Source: Pseudolabrys sp. (lineage in GTDB: Bacteria > Pseudomonadota > Alphaproteobacteria > Rhizobiales > Xanthobacteraceae). From it: a DNA stretch of 53,104 nucleotides. A program made the translations under genes and the position numbers. Shown one piece after another: positions 46,800-53,104 of this stretch (positions within the stretch are counted from its first letter, which is position 1; every line of letters begins with the position of its first letter). Below the pieces are notes generated by a model that did no database searches, had not been told where the DNA came from, and saw only the letters and a program-made list of their open reading frames with translations. The stretch spans positions 1 through 53,104 of the forward strand of contig DASYCM010000386.1 of the NCBI GenBank assembly GCA_036500165.1, read 5' to 3'.

Positions 46800-47692
46800 G
46801 CGACGACGTCTGCGTAGGCGGGACGGCTATCGAGAATGCCGATCTTGCGCGCGAACTCGTTCATGCCATCGACGAATTCCGGCGAGATTTTCGTGGAGTA
46901 ATACGGCAGGTCACGCTCGATCAGCTTCTGGATCAGCGCGGCCTCGCTCGCCGGAAATACCTTGCGCCCAACCTTCTCGGCCAGCGACACGTCGGCCTTG
47001 AGCGCCGCGTGCGTGGCATCCATCGCCTTCACCATCCTGGCGGCGACGTCCTTCTTTTCGGCGAGGAAACGGTCGGTCACGGCCAGCGACGCCATCGTGT
47101 AGTTGAAACATTCCTTCGGGCCATCACCGCGTCGGATATCGAGCACCACCTTGCCCGCGCCGCTGCGCACCGCGACCTCGGTACCCATGCCGTTGGCCCA
47201 GAAACCGTCGATCAGACGCTCTTCCAGCGCCTTCGCTGCCATCAATCCGAAGTTGACACTGCTGCTGCCGGTGTTCGGCACCGGTGCGATGGTCACGTTG
47301 TCGCGCGCGGCGTCGATACCGGCAGCGACAAGCAATCGCTTCAGCCCGAAATCGACCCACGGCGCAGCACCGATCTTGCGGCCTTTCACGACGTTGATGT
47401 CGCCGCGCGGACAATCGATGTCCGAGCGCATGACGAGAAACCAGTACATGCCCTGCGCCTGCGCGCAGAGCAGCTTGGCGCCCTGCCAGCGCGGAAAGGC
47501 GGCGAGCGTCGAATGCGCCGAGCCGGCCACACAATCGACCTTGCCATCGCGAAGGTCGATGTAGGCCTTGTTGACCGGAAAATCGAGTTCGATGGATGCG
47601 TCGATGCCCTGCTCGGCGAACTTGCCGAGTTCGACTGCGGCGACCGCCGGGAAGTAGGAATTCGAAATCAGATCCGGCACTGCGATTTTCAT
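46787..47692 (-). CDS. NMT1/SsuA-like periplasmic-binding-fold protein without signal peptide
   Basis: MKIAVPDLISNSYFP, F.EQGID, KGRKIGAAP and LL.AAGID motifs; in-frame TGA two codons upstream of the ATG. Confidence 0.8.
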   Translation of the reverse strand: MKIAVPDLISNSYFPAVAAVELGKFAEQGIDASIELDFPVNKAYIDLRDGKVDCVAGSAHSTLAAFPRWQGAKLLCAQAQGMYWFLVMRSDIDCPRGDINVVKGRKIGAAPWVDFGLKRLLVAAGIDAARDNVTIAPVPNTGSSSVNFGLMAAKALEERLIDGFWANGMGTEVAVRSGAGKVVLDIRRGDGPKECFNYTMASLAVTDRFLAEKKDVAARMVKAMDATHAALKADVSLAEKVGRKVFPASEAALIQKLIERDLPYYSTKISPEFVDGMNEFARKIGILDSRPAYADVVAQLA

Positions 47693-47741
47693 GGGTCAGC
47701 CTAAGGGTTATGCGGCGGAGTATTGCGATAGCGGAAAGGTA

Positions 47742-48761
47742 TCAGAGACCGCGTGCCGCGAGCCATTTCGTCAAGGCGTCGGCGAGCGGCTGTTCGTCCC
47801 CCTCAAAATAGTGGCCTTTCAGGCTTGGGGGATTCTTGTTGGGCAACGTGACGAGCTCAATACTTTTGACCAGCGAGCCTTCCCCGTGCGCCGCGTCAAG
47901 CAGTGACGCGGATTCGAACGGCTCGATGAGACCGTCCGCCTGGTCGCGGACAAGAAGCACAGGGTACGGCACCTGCTTGATCCACATCGTGCCATCGGCA
48001 ACGCTCGACTTGCTCCAGCGATAGGTCAGAAAGTGCTGCGCCGTGACCGGAACCTGCTGGCCGGTGAAGTAAAGCATCTTCGCATCGAGTGGTGTGTCCA
48101 CATTTCCTTCACGATAGGCCTTGAAGGCGGTGGCAATCAGCTTCTGGAATTCCGGTTCGTTCTGAACCAGAATGTTTCGCGTCTTCCAAGGCAAATTGCT
48201 GAAGGCGCCCAGCAGCATCACGGCCTTGATGTCCTTATCCCAGTTGCTGGCGGCAAAGAACTGAACCTGAATATTTCCAAGGCTGTGGCCCTGCAGAACG
48301 ATACTGCGATAACCCAACGCGCGGACAGTATAGAGCGCGGCTTCGATGTCGCGCCTGACGTCAAAGAAATTTTCAGTGTTGATCTTTTCGTCATGCTGAC
48401 GCGTGTCGATTGCGAGGGCCGCGTAACCTTTTGTGGCCAGACGCGTACCTAACGCGCTTTCCGGCGCGCGCGTGTAACTTCCGCCGCTGCCGTGGATCAT
48501 GATGACGATCGTCGTATCGGCCGGCGCCTTGCCCGCAGGTGTCCAGAGCGCACCTTTGGTCTCTTTGCCGTCGATGGGCTTGAGCGTCAGAAAACGAAGA
48601 TCGACTCCACTTTTCGATGCGAAGTCATCCGACAGGCCATTGGGCCGTGCGGCCGTTTCGAAGCCGATGCTGGCTGCCGTTTCTGCCATTACGGTGTTCG
48701 GCAGAATTGCGGAGGACAAAATGGCGACAGATAAAGCTGAAGCGAAGATCGAAGCGCGCAT
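47742..48761 (-). CDS. Secreted alpha/beta hydrolase (Ser nucleophile)
   Basis: Signal peptide; IHGSGG oxyanion loop, GHSLG, D in RDQAD and GHYF motifs. Confidence 0.85.
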   Translation of the reverse strand: MRASIFASALSVAILSSAILPNTVMAETAASIGFETAARPNGLSDDFASKSGVDLRFLTLKPIDGKETKGALWTPAGKAPADTTIVIMIHGSGGSYTRAPESALGTRLATKGYAALAIDTRQHDEKINTENFFDVRRDIEAALYTVRALGYRSIVLQGHSLGNIQVQFFAASNWDKDIKAVMLLGAFSNLPWKTRNILVQNEPEFQKLIATAFKAYREGNVDTPLDAKMLYFTGQQVPVTAQHFLTYRWSKSSVADGTMWIKQVPYPVLLVRDQADGLIEPFESASLLDAAHGEGSLVKSIELVTLPNKNPPSLKGHYFEGDEQPLADALTKWLAARGL

Positions 48762-48836
48762 CGGGACAACCCTCTATTGGAGACGCTGTTCTCTCGTTTG
48801 CAGTTTCTGAGCTCGACGGGTCAGCGACGAAATTCT

Positions 48837-50048
48837 TTAAGCAGCAACGTCTTTTCCGCGAACGCTTTCCAGCAGGGACGTGCGCATCAGGAAGGCGCGG
48901 TGCGCCACCGGATCGGCGGCGTTGCGACGCAACTGCTCGAAGTTCGCCTCGCGCTTAGCGGGGTCTTTCTCTTCAAGACGCTTCTTGTTGGCGATGGTCT
49001 GCTGCTGGACGTATTCGATATTCATCGGCCGCCGCACGGCATCGTATTGCGCCAGATCGCTGTCCGGCCGCTCACCCAACGTGACCGCGGACAACAACGC
49101 CGAAAGCTGCGTGGCGTCGTGCACGCCGCAATTCAAGCCGAGCCCGCCAATCGGATTGTTCACATGCGCTGAGTCACCGGCCAGAAACACGCGGCCCTTG
49201 CGGAAGGTCTCTGCCACGCGCTGGTGCACATTATAGATATTGCGGTGGAAGATGTCGTAGGTGCCAGATTTCGGGAAGAATTTTTGCAGCCGCGCTTCAG
49301 TGGCGTCCGGATTGAGAACCTCGTCGTCGGACTGCCCCGGAATCGCCGGGAATACCGCGCGCCAACGCCCCTTATGATCGTCGCCGGCCACCTTGAAGAG
49401 ATTGGCCCATTCGTCCGGATCGGAAAAGTAAGCCCGGTAGGCCACGCCGTGTTCGCCGGCAAAATCGAAGGGCGTCGTGAGCACGAGGAAGCGTTCCGGA
49501 AACGTATAGCCCTCGAACTCGATGCCGAGCGCTTTGCGCACTGTCGAACGGCCGCCGTCGGCGCCGACGAGATAGCTGCCGGTGACGGTCTTGCTGCCGG
49601 ATGCCGTATCGATGGTGATATCGACGTGGTCCTCATGCGGGTCGATAGCGCTCACCGATGCGTTGAACGTTACCTCCACATGCGGAAACGCCTTCAGCCG
49701 CTCAAGACCCATCTTGGCGATCTTGTGCTGCTCGCACTGCACGACGAACGGATACGGCGTGTCGTTCTTGAGAATCTCGTGGTCGAATTCGGCGACCACG
49801 CTACGGGTCGGCCGGTCCCAGAACTGGAACGTGCGGGCCACCAGGCCTTGCGCGACGACGTCGTCAAGCATGCCGACCGCCGCGATCATTTCCAACGTCG
49901 CCGGATGCAGAGTCGATGCACGCGGCGCTTCGTTGATGGCGTTGGCGGCCTCGAACACTTTCACCGCCACACCGCGCTGGGCGAGCGCCAGCGCGGTGAT
50001 GATGCCGACGGGACCGCCACCGGCAATCAGGATGGGACGGCTGTTCAT
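48837..50048 (-). CDS. Group A FAD-dependent monooxygenase (MhpA-like)
   Basis: IAGGGPVG, GADGGRSTVRK and LAGDSAHVNNPIGGLGLNCG motifs. Confidence 0.93.
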   Translation of the reverse strand: MNSRPILIAGGGPVGIITALALAQRGVAVKVFEAANAINEAPRASTLHPATLEMIAAVGMLDDVVAQGLVARTFQFWDRPTRSVVAEFDHEILKNDTPYPFVVQCEQHKIAKMGLERLKAFPHVEVTFNASVSAIDPHEDHVDITIDTASGSKTVTGSYLVGADGGRSTVRKALGIEFEGYTFPERFLVLTTPFDFAGEHGVAYRAYFSDPDEWANLFKVAGDDHKGRWRAVFPAIPGQSDDEVLNPDATEARLQKFFPKSGTYDIFHRNIYNVHQRVAETFRKGRVFLAGDSAHVNNPIGGLGLNCGVHDATQLSALLSAVTLGERPDSDLAQYDAVRRPMNIEYVQQQTIANKKRLEEKDPAKREANFEQLRRNAADPVAHRAFLMRTSLLESVRGKDVAA

Positions 50049-50072
50049 GGGTGCTTTCCCTACTGCTGTTTC

Positions 50073-51050
50073 TTATTGTTGCTTAGCACCGGCGATGTCG
50101 ACGGCTTCGGCCCAGATCGGAATATCCTTCTCAAGCATCGCCCTGTATTCGGCAGGCGTGTCGCCGAGTGGATCGGCACCGTAATTGATGAGCTGCTCGC
50201 GGAACTTCGGCTCCTTGACCGCCTTTGCGATCTCGCCGGAAATCTTCTCGACGATTTCCTTGGGCGTGCCAGCGGGCGCCATCAGCCCGTTCCATGTCAG
50301 CACCTTGTATTTGGGGTAACCGGACTCCGCCACGGTCGGGACTTCTTTGGCCATGACCGAGCGCTGCTCGCTCGACACCACAAGCATGCGCACGTTGCCG
50401 GCCTTAGTCTGCGGCAATGCATCCGACAGGTTGGAGAACATCGCCTGCACGTGTCCCCCGACGACATCGGCCAGCGCCGGCGCATTGCCCTTGTAGGGAA
50501 CGTGAACCATCTCGAGACCGGCCTGTTTGAGGAACAGCGCCATCGACAGATGATTCAGACTACCAACACCGGCCGAGCCGTAAGACATCTCGCCTTTATG
50601 CGCCCGGACGTATTCGACGAATTCCTTCAACGAGTGGATCGGCAAATCCTTATTGACGACAAGCGCGAACGGGTTAGTGCCGATGTTGCTGATCGGCGCG
50701 AAGTCCTTCAGCACGTCATAACGCACCTTTTGAATTGCCGGCACCACTGCCATTACCGGCAGCGCCGCGAGGAACAACGTGTAACCATCCGGCGCTGCCT
50801 TCGCGACGAGGTCTGCGGCAATGGCGCCACCTGCTCCCGGTTTATTCTCCACGATAAAGGTTTGGCCGAAGGCTTCGCCCAAACGTTGCGCGGCCATACG
50901 TCCGAAGCCGTCGGTGTTACCGCCGGCAGCAAACGGCACGATGATCGTCACCGGCCGCTCCGGCCAGGCGGCAAGCGCCGATATGGGAGACATTGTAACG
51001 AGGGCACCAACGACGGCGCCGAGAAAGGACGAGATTCGTCGCAAACGCAT
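50073..51050 (-). CDS. TctC/Bug family TTT substrate-binding protein
   Basis: ATG 51050 with AAGGAG RBS; WPERPVTIIVPFAAGGNTD and HVPYKG motifs. Confidence 0.94.
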   Translation of the reverse strand: MRLRRISSFLGAVVGALVTMSPISALAAWPERPVTIIVPFAAGGNTDGFGRMAAQRLGEAFGQTFIVENKPGAGGAIAADLVAKAAPDGYTLFLAALPVMAVVPAIQKVRYDVLKDFAPISNIGTNPFALVVNKDLPIHSLKEFVEYVRAHKGEMSYGSAGVGSLNHLSMALFLKQAGLEMVHVPYKGNAPALADVVGGHVQAMFSNLSDALPQTKAGNVRMLVVSSEQRSVMAKEVPTVAESGYPKYKVLTWNGLMAPAGTPKEIVEKISGEIAKAVKEPKFREQLINYGADPLGDTPAEYRAMLEKDIPIWAEAVDIAGAKQQ

Positions 51051-51090
51051 ATCAAACTCCTTTGGATGATCCCGGCCGGATTTAAGGAAA

Positions 51091-51471
51091 TTACGAGACG
51101 CTTTTTTCGTAGTAGTGCACCTCGTAGAGCATGCAGCCTCCCACCGACTTGAAGGGGCCGTGCGCCGCACCGGGCGGACGGCATGCATAGGTCGGAGCCG
51201 AAAAGCTCTCTCCGCCTTTGCCTTTTTCATCATTGCCGACGATCAGATCGCCGGAGAGCAAGTAAACTTCTTCCCAATGATCGTGGACGAAGGGCGACGT
51301 GGTGTATTCGCCCGGTGTAAAGCGCAGTAGGCGCGTGCGGCTGCCCGTCTTGCGCGTCTCGTCGAGATCGCTGGCCAGGATCTTCTGCTGAATGCCGGCA
51401 GGGTAGCCCGGCGGCGAAGCCCAGCCTTCGTTCAGGTTGACGCCGAAGAATTCGAGATGCGGCTTGGTCAT
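51091..51471 (-). CDS. ChrR-like cupin
   Basis: RTRLLRF, HDHWEEVYLLSG and YACRPPG..HGPF motifs. Confidence 0.85.
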   Translation of the reverse strand: MTKPHLEFFGVNLNEGWASPPGYPAGIQQKILASDLDETRKTGSRTRLLRFTPGEYTTSPFVHDHWEEVYLLSGDLIVGNDEKGKGGESFSAPTYACRPPGAAHGPFKSVGGCMLYEVHYYEKSVS

Positions 51472-51481
51472 GGCTTTCCCG

Positions 51482-52174
51482 TTACAGATAGTTGGTGACG
51501 TTGCGGCGGAATGAATCGATGTGAGCAGCCATCGCGTCGCTTGCGCCGACGGCGTCGTGATGCTGGATGGAGTCGAAGATCGCGCGATGCTCTTGCTTTA
51601 CATCGCGCTGATGCTCGTTGACGGCCAGCGAAATGAACCAGAAGCGCAACGAGCGTTCGTGCAGATTTTGCAGGATCGCAGCGAGCACTGCGTTGCGCGC
51701 GACCTTGGCCACGGTCATGTGGAATTCGCGGTCGAGCAGCATCATCTGCTCGATATTGCGCACGTCAGTCCAGGCGTCTGCTCTTTGAAGGATGTCGGAG
51801 AGCGTCGCCATGTCGTTCTGGTCGGCGCGCTCCGCCGCCAGCTTTGCGCAGTGCGGTTCATTGACCCGGCGCACTTCGGTGATCTGCACAACTTCATCCA
51901 GGCTGATCGGCTTGACGATGATACCCTTGCGCGGGATTACTTCGAGCAAACCATCTTGCATCAGACGATCGATGGCCTGATGCACTGGCGTCCGGCCGAT
52001 GCCAATCGCGCCGCTGACATAGGCTTCGTTGATGTAGTCGCCAGGCTTGAAGACGCAGGTGATGATGCGATGCTTGATTGCTTCATAGGCGACTTCGCGC
52101 AGCGATGGCTCGGCGGCATTGAACTGCGCCGGGGTCCGCGGGAGAGCTTCCTTGATCTTGCTCTGCTGCTTCAT
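51482..52174 (-). CDS. GntR/FCD family regulator
   Basis: AYEAIKHRI, IGRTPV, PRKG, DREFH and EH.AI motifs. Confidence 0.95.
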   Translation of the reverse strand: MKQQSKIKEALPRTPAQFNAAEPSLREVAYEAIKHRIITCVFKPGDYINEAYVSGAIGIGRTPVHQAIDRLMQDGLLEVIPRKGIIVKPISLDEVVQITEVRRVNEPHCAKLAAERADQNDMATLSDILQRADAWTDVRNIEQMMLLDREFHMTVAKVARNAVLAAILQNLHERSLRFWFISLAVNEHQRDVKQEHRAIFDSIQHHDAVGASDAMAAHIDSFRRNVTNYL

Positions 52175-52191
52175 GACCCTGCCTCGTTCCG

Positions 52192-52875
52192 CTAGCTCAG
52201 GACCAGCAATGCTTTGGTCGTGTAGCTTGAGCGCAGCTTACGTCCGAGCACCGGGTCCTCAAGTTCGCATTCGAAGCTGTCGGCGGGACGAATGCCGCCA
52301 TGCACCGGCACCGTACCGCAGAACATTAATGTGCCCTCGGGCAGACGATCGCCACCGTTCATGTATTTCGCGATGAGGTCGGTCGGCCGCATCATCTGCG
52401 ACACCGAACCATCCTGATAGATCTGTTTTTGGCCGTCGATCGTCGCGTAGGAGCGTAGCTTTAGTTCGTCCCAATGCGCGGCGACATCATCATAGCGCCA
52501 GAACTGCGTACCGATCGGCTTGTCGCAAATCTGCTTCGACGCGGCGACGCCATAGGCCTCGAGCTCGCGGTCGGTATGATCCGAGCCGACGCCGACCCAA
52601 AGAACGTTGTTGAATTGCAGCAGAAGATATTCGGCTTCGCCACTGGTCTGTGTGCCGAGCGCCTCGATCGCGGGTTCCGCCGTGAGGCGCGACACGCTGC
52701 CGGTGTAAAAAATCGGCGTCCGCGACGGCCGCTTCACGCCAAGCACTTCAAGCTCGACGATGTGCTTTTCGACGGCAGCCTTATCGCGGCCGGTCCAGCC
52801 GGCGATCACAAGTTGATCGGGCTTCACGTTCCGCTGGGTAACCGCGGACTTTTCCTGCAGCGACAAAGCGAGCAT
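52192..52875 (-). CDS. DUF2848 (FAH-like) protein
   Basis: IAGWTGRD, HIVEL..LGV, TSGEAE, VGSDHTDR, SKQIC.KP, YQDG and FCGT motifs. Confidence 0.85.
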   Translation of the reverse strand: MLALSLQEKSAVTQRNVKPDQLVIAGWTGRDKAAVEKHIVELEVLGVKRPSRTPIFYTGSVSRLTAEPAIEALGTQTSGEAEYLLLQFNNVLWVGVGSDHTDRELEAYGVAASKQICDKPIGTQFWRYDDVAAHWDELKLRSYATIDGQKQIYQDGSVSQMMRPTDLIAKYMNGGDRLPEGTLMFCGTVPVHGGIRPADSFECELEDPVLGRKLRSSYTTKALLVLS

Positions 52876-52892
52876 GGCTACTCCTTACGTAC

Positions 52893-52925
52893 CAGTGATA
52901 TTTCACTGTATTTTTTCTAAGTCAA
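52893..52925 (-). promoter_or_regulatory. GntR-type operator CAGTGA-N4-TCACTG overlapping a putative sigma70 promoter
   Basis: Palindrome at 52893-52908; TTGACT -35 on the minus strand at 52925-52920, placing the -10 within the palindrome. Confidence 0.6.
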
Positions 52926-52976
52926 TGGGGTTATTGTCAAAATAGAAGAACCCTCCCGTCAGTGCAGAAGTGAAAT

Positions 52977-53104
52977 ATGACGAGCATTTCCAAGTGTTTG
53001 GCGGAATTCGCAGGTGGCAGGAGCCGCGAGTCTTTGGTTGAAGAGACACTTGGCCGCATCGCCGACCCTTCCGGGCAAGGCCCGCTCGCCTTCCTGAAGG
53101 TCGC
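52977..53104 (+). CDS. Probable amidase-signature enzyme, N-terminus only (truncated by window)
   Basis: Manual translation MTSISKCLAEFAGGRSRESLVEETLGRIADPSGQGPLAFLKV resembles GatA-like amidase N-termini; open to the window end. Confidence 0.55.
   Translation, partial: MTSISKCLAEFAGGRSRESLVEETLGRIADPSGQGPLAFLKV

Noticed and set aside
49224-51152. 642-aa plus-strand ORF
   Set aside because: Antisense shadow of the FAD monooxygenase and TctC genes, with no recognisable motifs.
1-53104. Mobile elements, prophage, CRISPR arrays, tRNA/rRNA or defence systems
   Set aside because: No transposase, integrase, cas or phage-like ORFs, no regularly spaced repeats and no recognisable RNA genes were seen; intergenic gaps are short.

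Overview
A GC-rich, gene-dense 53 kb stretch that looks like alphaproteobacterial (Hyphomicrobiales-like) DNA; the taxon is inferred from gene repertoire only. It holds about 53 CDS arranged as back-to-back small-molecule uptake and catabolism modules, each with a local regulator (3 LysR, 1 IclR, 1 GntR). Transport genes include a Dpp/Opp-type ABC system, an MFS permease, one complete TctABC system and seven further orphan TctC/Bug binding-protein genes, one of them frameshifted. Enzymes include an LLM monooxygenase with flavin reductase, three amidohydrolases, a CoA-transferase/crotonase/epimerase module, an acyl-CoA ligase/Cys-less thiolase/DUF35 module, tandem ICL/PEP-mutase-family genes, duplicated Ldh-2 genes around a LigI-like lactonase, a cupin-cupin-DRE-TIM-SDR operon, two Cys-nucleophile alpha/beta hydrolases and a DUF2848/FAD-monooxygenase/amidase module. 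I found no rRNA, tRNA, CRISPR, integrase or transposase. The most notable observations are (i) many enzymes with systematically altered catalytic motifs, often as canonical plus degenerate paralogue pairs, (ii) a 1-bp frameshift lying inside a perfect 14-bp inverted repeat, and (iii) candidate operator motifs readable directly from the intergenic DNA. Substrates cannot be assigned from sequence alone, and all family calls come from motif recognition without database searches.
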